From: an uncultured Chloroflexia bacterium
GTDB lineage: Bacteria > Chloroflexota > Anaerolineae > Anaerolineales > Anaerolineaceae
NCBI GenBank assembly: GCA_963753895.1
Contig: CAVWEE010000005.1
Coordinates: 19,036-83,035, forward strand
Direction: 5' to 3'
DNA: 64,000 nt
Shown one piece after another: positions 9,502 to 20,067 of the stretch. Numbering within the stretch: position 1 is the first letter of the stretch; every line of letters starts with the position of its first letter. The notes beneath the pieces are model-generated. The model saw only the letters and a list, made by a program, of their open reading frames with translations, was not told where the DNA came from and searched no databases. The position numbers and the translations under genes were made by a program.

Positions 9502-10512
9502 ATGACTGAAACCAAAACAACGCACATGGAACCCCGCGAGGATGTACGCACTTTATGGGGTGGCATTCTTTTCAGCGCAGCTGTGGTAGCTCTGGTGTGG
9601 GCGCTGGGCAATCGCCTTGATGCGATTGAATTGCTGCCGGATACTGGCCCGGCCTGGTATGAATGGCGGCTGCCCGTGCCAACTTTCTGGTCGCGCTTCA
9701 CTTCCTGGGGACTGTATGTGATCCATCAGGTCGGCTTCTGGTATTTCATTGCCCGCGCCCAGCGTGAGAAGCTGAAATACAGCACTAGTCTAAATCGCTG
9801 GAACAAGTGGGCTTTGGGTTGGAATGCGTTCTTTGTCCTTGTGCATTTTGCGCAAACCCACCTGTGGTATGACGGTCTGGCGCAGGACATGGCCGTATGG
9901 ACGTCGCAAGGCTCGGTGATCGTACTGCTGGTGTGGGTGCTACTCATGGAAAACAAGCAGCGGGGGTTGTTCTGGGGCAAGAAGGTTCCGATTCGCAAGC
10001 AAATCATCCAGTGGGCGCGCAAATACCACGGGTATTTCTTTTCGTGGGCGATTATCTATACTTTCTGGTTCCATCCGATGGTCAGTACCAGTGGTCATCT
10101 GGCAGGATTCTTTTATATGTTCCTGTTGATCTTGCAAGGTAGTTTGTTCTTTACCCGCATTCATATCAACCGGTGGTGGAAAGTGGTGCAGGAATCATTG
10201 GTGATGATCCACGGCGCGCTGGTAGCAGTGATGCAGGGCAACAATATGTGGGGCATGTTTGCGTTTGGATTTGGCGGTATCTTCGTGCTGACCCAAATGC
10301 ACGGACTGCGGCTATCCAAAGCGGTGCGCTGGGGCATACTGGCCGTCTATTTGACGGCAGCGGTGCTGGTTTACAATTTCTTGTTTGGCATACAGAACAT
10401 TCATCAGATCACCTGGATCCCATTTATTGAGTACCTGGGTGTATTTGTATTTTCCCTCCTGATTGGGTTGGGACTACGGCTGGCAGGAAAATGGCAGCCC
10501 ATAGAAGAATAA
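9502..10512 (+). CDS. Polytopic Trp-rich membrane protein, unknown function
   Basis: Intact 336-aa ORF with ~8 hydrophobic segments and 23 Trp residues. No family recognised. Confidence 0.6.
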   Translation: MTETKTTHMEPREDVRTLWGGILFSAAVVALVWALGNRLDAIELLPDTGPAWYEWRLPVPTFWSRFTSWGLYVIHQVGFWYFIARAQREKLKYSTSLNRWNKWALGWNAFFVLVHFAQTHLWYDGLAQDMAVWTSQGSVIVLLVWVLLMENKQRGLFWGKKVPIRKQIIQWARKYHGYFFSWAIIYTFWFHPMVSTSGHLAGFFYMFLLILQGSLFFTRIHINRWWKVVQESLVMIHGALVAVMQGNNMWGMFAFGFGGIFVLTQMHGLRLSKAVRWGILAVYLTAAVLVYNFLFGIQNIHQITWIPFIEYLGVFVFSLLIGLGLRLAGKWQPIEE

Positions 10513-10519
10513 GACACCG

Positions 10520-10550
10520 CCCCGCTTCCGAATTTGAGAGCGGGGTTTTT
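10520..10550 (+). terminator. Rho-independent terminator
   Basis: CCCCGCT ... AGCGGGG stem followed by TTTTT, 8 nt after the stop at 10512. Confidence 0.8.
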
Positions 10551-10708
10551 ATGTGAATTTTAAGGGTTATGGTTGGAAATCTGTTAGTATATAGACAGGA
10601 AATTGTAATTTATTCTGGCACTTTATATGCACGGGTAATGGATAGTATGCTTGTTTAAGGTTAGTATCTTGATCAGAATACTATGGTTTTGACCAGACAG
10701 GGATTGAG

Positions 10709-12172
10709 TTGATGAATTTTTCAAAAGACCCGGTGATCCTGATAGCAGATGATAATCCAACAGTGCGTCAGACGATGGAAATCATGCTCGCTGATCAGGG
10801 TTTTTCTTTATATTATGCTGAAGATGGTCAGATAGCATATGATAAGGCCGTGGAAATTCAGCCTGATTTGATTTTATTGGACATCATGATGCCTGAGATG
10901 GACGGGTTTCAAGTTTGCCGCATGCTGCGAGATCATCCAGATTTACGCGAAGTCCCGATCGTTATGGTGACTGCACTAAATGATCGGGATTCCCGCCTTG
11001 CAGGTATCAAGGCAGGCGCAGATGATTTTATCTCAAAACCTTTTGATGTCTTGGAACTTTCAGCACGGGTGAAAACGATTTTGCGTCTGAACCGCTATAA
11101 AGTACTACAAAAAGAACGGGCACAATTTAAATGGGCGGTTGAAAAAGCGGGAGAGGGGTATTTGCTGATTGATCAGCATGATCATATTGTCTATGCTAAC
11201 CAGAAAGCGCGGGATTTCCTTGGGTTGACGTTTGAAGAAGAAACCTCCAGTCAAATTACTTTCTCTGAAATTACCAAAAAGCAGTTTACACGCTATCCAA
11301 CTTATCTGTGGGATGATTGGCGTGAGCCCAGCAATCAGCAGCGATATCTCATGATCCCTGAGACCAGCTCAAATCGCGCTTTTTGGTTGGAGGTGGATGT
11401 GTTTTCCGGGCTTGATGATGATCAGGTGAATGTGGTGAGTTTGCGAAATGTGAGTGGGGTAGTGAATGCTGAACAGGATTTCAAAAAATTCCACTACCTG
11501 ATTTCACACAAGTTGAACACACCACTTAACGGGGTGTATGGGGTCGTAGAACTGCTCAATGCCTCTGCCGATGATATGTCCCGGACCGAAATCAACGAGC
11601 TTTCCCAGTTGGCATTGGTAAGCGCAGAGCGATTGCGGTCGGATGTGCAAGATATTCTGAATTATCTTCAGGCTCCTTCATCCGTGAAGAAGGGGAAAAA
11701 TTTCCCATTGTTGAAAATTACAGAAATTGCACATGAGATTAGTAAGGACCTCGGATTAAACCTGCGGTTGTGCAGAATAGCTGCTGCTGTTCATAACAGC
11801 AGCATCGTGCTTTCGAAAGTGTCCTTTGAATTGATCTTGATGGAATTGTTTGAAAACAGCAAAAAATTCCATCCAGATCATGCCCCAAATATCAAAGTGA
11901 TCATCAGCAAAATTGACGATGGCACCATCAGTATCAAGGTTGAAGATGATGGACTGCACCTTTCTGTTGAGCAGCGCGCCGCAATTGTTGAACCTTATCA
12001 ACGGGTGGAAACGAAGTTTACCGGGGAAGTGTCGGGCTTTGGTCTGGGCATTCCGATGGTGGTCACAATTTTGCAGAGTGTTGGCGGCCGGCTGAATATT
12101 TATAACTCTCCCAATGGTCCGGGGTTGATCGTTGAGATGCTGGTGCCGGCGGGGATAAACGTAGCATACTAG
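10709..12172 (+). CDS. Hybrid response-regulator / PAS / histidine kinase (REC-PAS-HisKA-HATPase_c)
   Basis: Intact 487-aa ORF (ATG at 10712). REC domain (ILIADDNP ... LLDIMMPEMDG ... KPF), H-box SHKLNTPLNG, N-box ELFENSKKF and G-boxes DDGLHL / GFGLGIPMV. Confidence 0.85.
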   Translation: MMNFSKDPVILIADDNPTVRQTMEIMLADQGFSLYYAEDGQIAYDKAVEIQPDLILLDIMMPEMDGFQVCRMLRDHPDLREVPIVMVTALNDRDSRLAGIKAGADDFISKPFDVLELSARVKTILRLNRYKVLQKERAQFKWAVEKAGEGYLLIDQHDHIVYANQKARDFLGLTFEEETSSQITFSEITKKQFTRYPTYLWDDWREPSNQQRYLMIPETSSNRAFWLEVDVFSGLDDDQVNVVSLRNVSGVVNAEQDFKKFHYLISHKLNTPLNGVYGVVELLNASADDMSRTEINELSQLALVSAERLRSDVQDILNYLQAPSSVKKGKNFPLLKITEIAHEISKDLGLNLRLCRIAAAVHNSSIVLSKVSFELILMELFENSKKFHPDHAPNIKVIISKIDDGTISIKVEDDGLHLSVEQRAAIVEPYQRVETKFTGEVSGFGLGIPMVVTILQSVGGRLNIYNSPNGPGLIVEMLVPAGINVAY

Positions 12173-12309
12173 GGGATTTTTGATTAACTGACTTCCTGAT
12201 TCACTGAATCCTGTCGAATATCTGTTCCCTGAAACCCTGATACATTGTATAATCAGGGATATTAAGCCCTGACCAACCAATCTGTCAGCGGCATTTGGGA
12301 GTTTGAATC

Positions 12310-14012
12310 ATGGCTGCAAATGAAACATCTGAATCAAAGGACTTTGTTCCGCGAGATTTTATCCGCACGATCATTGATGAGGATCTTGCCAATGGCAAGA
12401 ACGATGGGCGGGTGCATACCCGTTTCCCGCCGGAGCCGAATGGGTACTTGCACATCGGGCATGCAAAGTCGATCTGCCTCAATTTTGGTATTGCGCAGGA
12501 TTTTGGCGGATTGTGCAATTTGCGTTTTGATGACACCAATCCCTCCAAAGAGGATGTGGAATATGTTGACTCCATCCAGGATGACATCCGCTGGCTGGGC
12601 TTTGACTGGGAAGACCGTCTTTATTACGCCTCGGATTATTTCGAGCAGATGTACCAGTATGCCGTTCAGTTGGTTAAAAAAGGCAAGGCATTTGTGTGTG
12701 ACTTGACCGCGGACGAGATGCGCGAATATCGCGGCACGTTGACCGAACCTGGCAAAAACAGCCCTTACCGCGACCGCCCGATTGAAGAGAACCTCGATTT
12801 GTTTGAGCGCATGCGCGCCGGGGAATTCCCCGATGGCACGCGCACCCTGCGCGCCAAAATCGATATGGCCTCGCCGAATATGAATATGCGCGATCCGATC
12901 ATTTACCGCATCGTACATGAGTCCCACCACAACACTGGTGACGAATGGTGCATCTATCCGATGTATGATTTTGCCCACGGCATCGAAGATTCGATCGAGA
13001 GAATCACCCATTCTATCTGTACGCTTGAGTTTGAAGATCACCGCCCGTTGTATGACTGGTTCCTTGATGAGTTGGGCGTTTACCATCCACAGCAAATTGA
13101 GTTTGCCCGCCTGAACCTGAACTACACGGTCATGAGCAAGCGCAAATTCATCAAGCTGGTGCAGGATGGGCATGTGCGCGGATGGGATGATCCCCGCATG
13201 GTGACCATCTCCGGCATCCGCCGGCGGGGTTATACACCGTCATCGATCCGCAAGTTTGCCGAGCGGGTAGGGGTTGCCAAGAACAACAGTGTAATCGACA
13301 TGGCCTTGCTGGAGCATACCATCCGTGATGAACTGAACGACACTGCGCCGCGGGTGATGGCTGTACTGCGTCCGTTGAAAGTGGTGCTCACCAATTACCC
13401 CGAAGACAAGACAGAGCGTTTCGAAGTGCAGGACTTCCCGCATGATGCTGAACGCAATCAGGTGCGCACGGTTCCTTTCTCACGTGAGATTTATATCGAG
13501 GAGACGGACTTCATGGAAGAGCCGGCACGTAAATTCTTCCGCCTGGCCCCTGGCAAGGAAGTCCGCCTGATGGGCGCATATTACATCACCTGTGATGAAG
13601 TGGTGAAGGACGAGGATGGCACGTGTGGTGGAATTGCGCTGCACGTATGACCCCGAATCCCGAGGTGGTACAAGCCCGGATGGCCGCAAGGTGAAGGGTA
13701 CTTTGCACTGGGTCTCGGCAGAACATGGCGTGGCAGCTGAAGTGCGCCTGTATGACAAGCTGTTCCTGGTGGAGAACCCCAACAAGGCGCCTGATGGTGA
13801 GGATTTCACTGCGCATTTGAATCCTGAGTTCGCTGGAAGTACTCATCGGCTGCATGGTAGAGCCTGGCCTGGCCGACGCCACGCTGGATGACCGCTTCCA
13901 GTTCATCCGTCACGGGTATTTCTGTCTGGACTCCGGTGATTCAAAGCCGGATGCGCTGGTCTTCAACCGCACGGTTTCGCTGCGTGATACCTGGGCGAAG
14001 ATGAAAAAGTAA
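12310..14012 (+). pseudogene. glnS: Glutaminyl-tRNA synthetase, two frame breaks as sequenced (probably sequence errors)
   Basis: Class I motifs [14 protein letters not shown] and VMSKRK are in ORF 12310..13650. The C-terminal anticodon-binding part continues in ORF 13616..13891, then in a third frame ([17 protein letters not shown] ... [16 protein letters not shown]) to the TAA at 14010..14012. Confidence 0.9.
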
Positions 14013-14034
14013 GAATACAGAATTCCTTGAAGAG

Positions 14035-14064
14035 CCTCCCGCTGATTGAGCGGGAGGTTTTTTT
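14035..14064 (+). terminator. Rho-independent terminator
   Basis: CCTCCCGCT-gattg-AGCGGGAGG followed by TTTTTTT. Confidence 0.85.
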
Positions 14065-14259
14065 GTTGCTGGTAATGCTGCTAATGCTTGTCTTTATCCT
14101 CTCACGGCAAATGGTGGAGGGTGCGATTCCTCCACTGACCTGATTTTGCATATCCTCCCAGCGACGGGGCTAAGACGGGCCTTGAGACCCATCCCAAATT
14201 GTAGGCATTTCGACTATCCTTTATAAGACGAAATCAAATCAACATTAACGAGGGATAGC

Positions 14260-15702
14260 ATGAAAAAAACAGGTAAAAAAATCTGGATCATTGCCGGTGT
14301 GATCGCAGCGGTGGTGGTTCTCTTTGTGTTCTTGGTCAATCCGATGCTTCAGGCAAGGGCAGCAGCAAATTCTGATGAAATCCAGACGGTGGAGATCAGC
14401 CGCGACAACCTGGTGGCTGAAGTGGGTGGTACCGGCACGGTGCGCGCAAATCAGTCAGTGCAGTTGAGCTGGCAGACGAGCGGCCGCGTGGATGATGTGC
14501 ATGTGGCCTTGTTGGACAACGTGCAGACCGATGAGCATTTGGCTGAGCTGCTGGAAAGTTCGCTTTCGCAGAGCATTATTCTTTCAGAATCCGAGCTGAT
14601 CAATGCGGAGCGCAGGCTGGATGATTTGCTGGCTTCAAACGCTACCACGGCCCAGGCACAGCTTGCCCTGGCCAAAGCGGAGATTGCCCTGGAAGATGCT
14701 GAGGAGGACCGCGAAAGCAAAAAATACCAGCGTGCCAGCTCAGCCACGCTGGACGGCATCCGCGCGGATCTGATCCTGGCACAGCAGACTTTGGATGATG
14801 CCAAGGAGTTTTATTCTGCATTTGAAGACAGTGCCGAGACCGATGTTGGTCGGGCGGCGGCGCTCAGCCAGCTTTCGAATGCCCAAAAAGCCTATGACCG
14901 TGCGAATTACAATCTGCAATATGCCGAAGCCTTGCCAGAAGCGAATGAGGTTGCAGAGGCGGAAGCCGAGGTGGAAGTCGCACAGGCCAATCTGGCCGAT
15001 GCTCAGCGCGAATGGGAGCGTGTTAAGGAAGGCGCTGATGATGATGACATCACAGCCGCGGAGGCGCAGGTATCTGCCGCTCAGGCTGCGTATGATCTGC
15101 GCTATATCACCGCACCTTTTGCAGGAACAGTAACGGATATGGATTTGCTGCCTGGTGACCAGGTGACGATGGGGACATACGCCATGCGTGTGGATGATCT
15201 GAGTCGTTTGCTGGTTGAAGTGGGCGTGCCGGAAGTAGATATTAACCTGATTGCCATCGGACAGCCTGTGCGCCTGACATTCGACGCCATTCAGGGCGAG
15301 GAATACAATGGCGAGGTGGTTAAAGTGGCCCAGGTGGGCACAGTAACCCAGGGCGGTGTGGACTTCACCGTAACGATTGAATTGACCGATCCTGATGAAC
15401 TGGTGCGCCCCGGCATGACGGCGGCTGTGAATATCATTACCTATGAATTGAGTGACATCCTGATCATACCCAATCGCTCGGTGGAACGTGTGGATGGCAA
15501 GCAGGTTGTTTACAAAGTGGTGGATGGCAAGTATGAACCTGTGGAAGTCACCCTGGGTGCTTCGCAGGACAGCTATAGCCAGGTGCTTTCCGGTGACCTA
15601 AAAGAAGGCGATACGATTGTGGCCAATCCTTCTAAATTGACGGATGTGATGGATGCGATGCCTGGTGCGCCGCGCCCTGGCGCTGGCGGCGGAGGGTTCT
15701 AA
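14260..15702 (+). CDS. HlyD/MacA-family periplasmic adaptor (membrane fusion protein)
   Basis: Intact 480-aa ORF with an N-terminal TM anchor, a long coiled-coil ([19 protein letters not shown] ...), then beta-barrel/lipoyl-like segments. The stop overlaps the next ATG (TAATG). Confidence 0.85.
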   Translation: MKKTGKKIWIIAGVIAAVVVLFVFLVNPMLQARAAANSDEIQTVEISRDNLVAEVGGTGTVRANQSVQLSWQTSGRVDDVHVALLDNVQTDEHLAELLESSLSQSIILSESELINAERRLDDLLASNATTAQAQLALAKAEIALEDAEEDRESKKYQRASSATLDGIRADLILAQQTLDDAKEFYSAFEDSAETDVGRAAALSQLSNAQKAYDRANYNLQYAEALPEANEVAEAEAEVEVAQANLADAQREWERVKEGADDDDITAAEAQVSAAQAAYDLRYITAPFAGTVTDMDLLPGDQVTMGTYAMRVDDLSRLLVEVGVPEVDINLIAIGQPVRLTFDAIQGEEYNGEVVKVAQVGTVTQGGVDFTVTIELTDPDELVRPGMTAAVNIITYELSDILIIPNRSVERVDGKQVVYKVVDGKYEPVEVTLGASQDSYSQVLSGDLKEGDTIVANPSKLTDVMDAMPGAPRPGAGGGGF

Positions 15703-16388
15703 TGAGTGATGTTGTTATTCAAGCCCGCGATCTGGTCAAGAGTTACCAGATGGGTGAAATTGAAGTGCATGCCCTGGCAGGCGTGAGCTTCGACATCCAG
15801 CGCGGAGAGCTGCTTTCGATCATGGGGCCTTCGGGTGCTGGTAAGTCGACGTTGATGAATATCCTCGGCTGCCTATCCCTGCCGACCAGCGGGAGATTTC
15901 ATCCTTGACGGCGAGCATGTATCAGATCTGACACAAGATGAGCTGGCCGACATCCGCAACCGCAAGGTGGGCTTTGTGCTTCCAGAGCTTCAATTTGCTG
16001 TCGCGGTCCACGGCGCTGGCGAATGTGACCCTACCCATGCGGTATGCCGGCGTCTCGGAACCTGAGCGCAACGAACGTGCGCGCAAAGCCCTGGAATCAG
16101 TAGGGCTGGGGGACCGGGTACACCATAAGCCAACCGAACTTTCCGGCGGCCAGCAGCAGCGCGTGGCGGTTGCCCGCGCTCTGGTGAACAATCCGGCCAT
16201 CCTGATGGCTGATGAGCCAACAGGTAATCTGGATTCAAAATCAGGACGGGAGATCATGGATTTGCTCCTTTACCTTGAACCGCGAACAAGGTGTAACCGT
16301 GATTGTCGTTACCCATGACCCCGAGATCGGCGCAGAGGCACATCGCATCATCAAACTGAAAGATGGTTTACTGGAGAGTGGCGCATGA
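15702..16388 (+). pseudogene. MacB/LolD-type ABC transporter ATP-binding protein, two frame breaks as sequenced
   Basis: Walker [10 protein letters not shown] is in ORF 15702..15908. The signature [15 protein letters not shown] and Walker B ILMADEPT are in ORF 15938..16318. The tail ([32 protein letters not shown]) returns to the first frame. The stop overlaps the next start (ATGA). Confidence 0.85.
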
Positions 16389-17626
16389 ATATTGGCGGTG
16401 TGATCATGGAGGCTTTAGAGAGCCTTAATGCAAACAAAATGCGCTCAGGTTTGACGATTATTGGTATGGTGATTGGCGTAGGCGCGGTGATTGCGATGCT
16501 GTCTTTGGGAGAAGGGGTGCAGGCGAGCATTACCGGTGAGATCAACAGCATGGGCAGCAACTTGATGTTCGTTTTTTCCGGCAATGATGGGGAAGAGGTC
16601 CGCAATGTGGAGCCTTTGAAGGAGGCCGATGTAGATGCGCTCAACGATCCATTTCAACGCCCCTTCTGTGGGCAAGGCAGTTGCTTCGCTTGGTGGAAAT
16701 GTTGAGGCATCCTTATGGTGGCGAAGTCGGGCTCCTATAGTCTGACGGGGACGACAACGGACTATGCCAGTGTGCGCAGTATTGAAGTTGAATGAAGGTG
16801 AATTTTTAACCGAGGAGCACCAGCTTGGTCGTGGCATCGGTGGCTGTGATCGGCCCGGATGTGGCAGAGCAGTTGTTTGACCGCACAGAAGATGTGGTGG
16901 GCGAGACCATTCGCCTGGACGGCCAGCCATTCCGCGTGATCGGCCTGACCGAAGCGAAAGGCGGCGGTGCGATGGGCAGTGAAGATGATATTATCATCGT
17001 TCCTCTATCCTCAGCACGCACGCGTCTGGTTTCCCGTGACGAATATGGGCAGGTGGATGTGATTTTCATCCAGGCAGTGGATGCAGGATTCGGTGAATGC
17101 TGCTACAGACGAGGTAAGCGAATATCTTCGTGACCGTCATCGTATCGACCCGGGTGAAGCGGATGACTTCACGATTTTTACCCAGAGATTCTGTTGCCGA
17201 GATGGCAGAGAGCATTACCAATGTATTGATCATCTTCCTGGGCGGCGTGGCTGGTATTTCTCTGCTGGTGGGTGGTATCGGTATTATGAACATCATGCTG
17301 GTCTCGGTGACCGAGCGCACACGCGAGATTGGACTGCGCAAGGCGCTGGGTGCGCATAAGTCGCATATCCTCACTCAATTCCTGACCGAGTCGGCTTTAT
17401 TGAGTTTGATCGGCGGCGTGTTGGGGATCCTGCTGGGGTGGGGGCTGGCGGTAGGGGTTGGCATTTATCGCAGAGAGCGAATGGTACGGATATTTCTCCG
17501 GTCTTCACTGCCAATTCGATCCTGCTGGCGACGTTGTTCTCGGCTGCGGTGGGCATCTTCTTTGGCATTTACCCCGCCAACCGCGCGGCCAGTCTGGAGC
17601 CGGTGGAGGCGTTGCGCCATGAATAA
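16385..17626 (+). pseudogene. MacB/FtsX-type ABC transporter permease, many frame breaks as sequenced
   Basis: The MacB_PCD/FtsX sequence (MEALESLNANKMRSGLTIIGMVIGVGAVIAM ... VAVIGPDVAEQLF ... [15 protein letters not shown] ... [19 protein letters not shown]) is scattered over ORFs 16385..16705, 16825..17133, 17081/17130.. and 17438..17626. I count about 7-8 breaks. Confidence 0.8.
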
Positions 17627-19574
17627 ATCGACCTTCAAAAATGGCTGGCGCAAGGCATTGATGACTGCTGTGTTGGTCTCCCTGCTCTGGACATCAGATC
17701 AGGTATCGGCGGCGCCGCACGCGGTGATTGAGCCGGATGAGCCTGTGCTGGCGGTTGACCTGAATGAGAATAGCAAAAGCTCGTCGCCGGATCACTTGCT
17801 GGCTGTTGGTGGAGACTCTGTTCTTCGCTGCGGACAGCACCGAGACTGGTGTGGAACTATGGCTGAGCCTACCGCCCTATGATGCGGACAGCACCCGTCT
17901 GGTGGCAGACATCTTCCCCGGCGAGGGGAACAGCAACCCGGCTGGACTGGCTGCTGTAGGCGAGACGGTTTTTTTCCAGGCGCGGGGCACCAGCGGCGGT
18001 GTGGAATTATGGCTGACTGAGCCCCCGTACTACTCGGCGCGGATGGTGACCGACCTGAACCCGAATGGGGATTCGAATCCCGAATGGCTGACCGGCGTTG
18101 GTAATGCTTTGTTCTTTGTGGCGGAAGGAATTGGCAGCGGGCGCGAGGTATGGAAGACCCAACCGCCATATACAGAAGTATCCCTGGTGGAGGATGTGTT
18201 TTCCGGCGGGGCCAGCTCTAACCCGAAGCGCCTGACCGCGCACGGCTGGACGTTGTTTTTCGTGGCGCACGACAGCAGCGGGGAGGAACTTTTCAAGAGC
18301 ATCCCGCCCTATAACAGTGCCAGCACGGAGCGCGTAAAGCAGATCAACGCGGAGGGCTATGCCTCCCCGGATTCATTTGCTTTCATCGATGACACCCTAT
18401 TCTTTGCGGCAACAGACCGCGATGGCCACCGTGAGTTGTGGAAGTCACGCCCGCCCTATGACGAGTACAGTACCGAGCTGGTGGACGAGTTCGATGAGCG
18501 CGATTACAGCTCAGAAGCTTTCGACCTGCATGCTGCCAACGGCACCCTGCTTTATACGGGGTACCGCCTAATGAGCGGCTTTGAGCTGCGCAAGGTGGAG
18601 TATCCCTACACGGCCACGTACATGTCACGCGTAGAAGATATTGGGACCGGATTTTTTAGCTCCATGCCGGACAAGAAGATGTCGATCGATGGCACGGTGT
18701 TCTTCATCGCGGATGATGGCGTGAACGGGCAGGAGTTGTGGAAGTCTGAATATCCTTATACCGAAGAAGTCAACTGACCTGGTGAAGGACATTCGCCCGG
18801 GCAGCGCCGCATCGCAGATCTCGGATCTGACCGCGGCGGGAGATACGCTTTTCTTCCGCGCTGATGATGGCGAATTTGGCATGGAGCTATGGCAATCTGC
18901 GCCGCCGTATAATGAAAACAGCACGGCTCGGGTGGGCGATATCCAGCGCGGGGGCAGTTCCTCGCCCACGGACTTGACAGCTATCCATTCTTCGCTGATC
19001 TTCGCAGCAGGGAACATGGATTATGGACGTGAGCTGTGGAAGGTGGGCCGGTTCTACGGTTTGCCCAACTCCGGCTTTGCGCCGGACCAGGTGACCGCCC
19101 TGCCTGAGCAGCCTGCTGTGCAGGAATACCAGACAATGGAAACGATGATGCCTCACTATCCCGGATCTGGGTGTGGCAACGGAGATCGTGGGCGTGCCCC
19201 TGGGCACCACTGGCTGGGATACGACCTGGCTGGGAGCCAGTGCCGGGTATCTGGCAAGCACAGCTTTCCCCACACATGCGGGTAATACCGTCCTTACGGC
19301 GCATGCCGTGCTGGAAAACGGCCAGCCGGGGCCTTTCCATGACCTGGTGTCCCTGAATTGGGGCGACCGGATTGAGGTGCAGGCCTGGGGCGAGCGCTTT
19401 GTATATGAAGTGCGCAGCCAGCAGGTGGTTTCGCCGGATGATGCCAGCCCGCTGGCGCATGAAGACCTGGATTGGCTGACCCTGATCACCTGCCATGATT
19501 ATGATCCTGAGACAGGAGATTATGCCAGCCGCCTGGTTGTACGTGCTGTGTTGATCGAGGTCGTGCCGGAATAA
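17619..19574 (+). pseudogene. Secreted ELW-repeat (ELWxxDGT-repeat-like) propeller protein with C-terminal sortase domain; three frame breaks as sequenced
   Basis: ATG 17619 overlaps the permease stop. Signal peptide [31 protein letters not shown]. Nine ~50-aa repeats with core G-x-ELW-x-(S/T)-x-PPY are in ORFs 17764..18777 and 18782..19285. LPNSGFAP lies at 19061..19084. The sortase-like domain (ORF 19173..19574) has LTAH (His), TLITC (Cys codon at 19491) and a C-terminal Arg. Breaks are near 17815, 18778 and 19150. Confidence 0.75.
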
Positions 19575-19628
19575 ACTATACGTTGACTATTTCCCTGAAG
19601 CGGGGTCGGCCACTCCCTCGGCCGAATA

Positions 19629-19696
19629 CACCCCATCCTAACCTTCCCCAAAAGAACTACATTTTTGGGGAAGGCATTTGTTAAATTTAGTGGGGG
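19629..19696 (+). repeat. Hairpin repeat family, copy B
   Basis: CACCCCATCCTAA-CCTTCCCCAAAA-(loop)-TTTTGGGGAAGG-CATTTGTTAAATTTAG, a 12-bp perfect stem. Confidence 0.7.
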
Positions 19697-19862
19697 TGGT
19701 TTTTGAAGATGGATTATTTTCCTTATGCTGATGGAAGCGGAAATTAATCGCGTGTAGATAAATCATTGTACGGCAAGCCGATCACTTTAGTGGTTATGCC
19801 GGTGGAGAAAATGGCTGGGGGAGTGAAGTGATGCTAACGCATGAGGGTGGACGGTGGTACTG

Positions 19863-19931
19863 CACCCCATCCTAACCTTCCCCAAAAGAACAGCGTTTTT
19901 GGGGAAGGAGTTTGTTAATGGTTTGTGCGGG
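19863..19931 (+). repeat. Hairpin repeat family, copy C
   Basis: CACCCCATCCTAA-CCTTCCCCAAAA-(loop)-TTTTGGGGAAGG-AGTTTGTTAATGG, lying 234 bp after copy B. Confidence 0.7.
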
Positions 19932-20067
19932 TATTTCTTAAGGTTGTAACTTAAGTTTGCTGATTGGAAAAGCAATGCGTGTAGATGAGTAATTGTACGG
20001 CAAGCCGACCACTTTAATGGTTATGGCTTATGGGGAGAATGGCAGAAGTCGTTCCTGCAAGGGGATG

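Larger units (their letters stand above)
19629..20046. repeat. Diverged tandem duplication, two units of ~234 bp
   Basis: Each unit contains the hairpin module plus a second conserved module, GCGTGTAGAT..ATTGTACGGCAAGCCGA.CACTTTA.TGGTTATG (19750.. and 19977..). The middle of each unit is diverged. Confidence 0.7.

Noticed and set aside
12334-13173. Long antisense ORFs opposite well-supported genes. Examples: 12334..13173 versus glnS, 38501..39745 versus the SBP gene, 60507..61706 versus gyrA, 8718..9701 versus lpdA, 6521..7240 versus ppk, 25573..26328 versus the radical SAM gene, 57316..58047 versus the hydrolase, and 33264..33926 and 34100..34864 versus the ABC ATPases.
   Set aside because: They are Arg/Pro/Gly/His-rich low-complexity translations with no recognisable motifs. 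They lie exactly opposite genes with strong family signatures. They are typical shadow ORFs of GC-rich coding DNA.
19629-20046. CRISPR array or mobile-element ends, as alternative explanations for the repeats.
   Set aside because: There are only two ~234-bp units, with no short regular repeat-spacer pattern and no cas genes. No transposase or integrase is present and no terminal inverted repeats flank a coding cargo.
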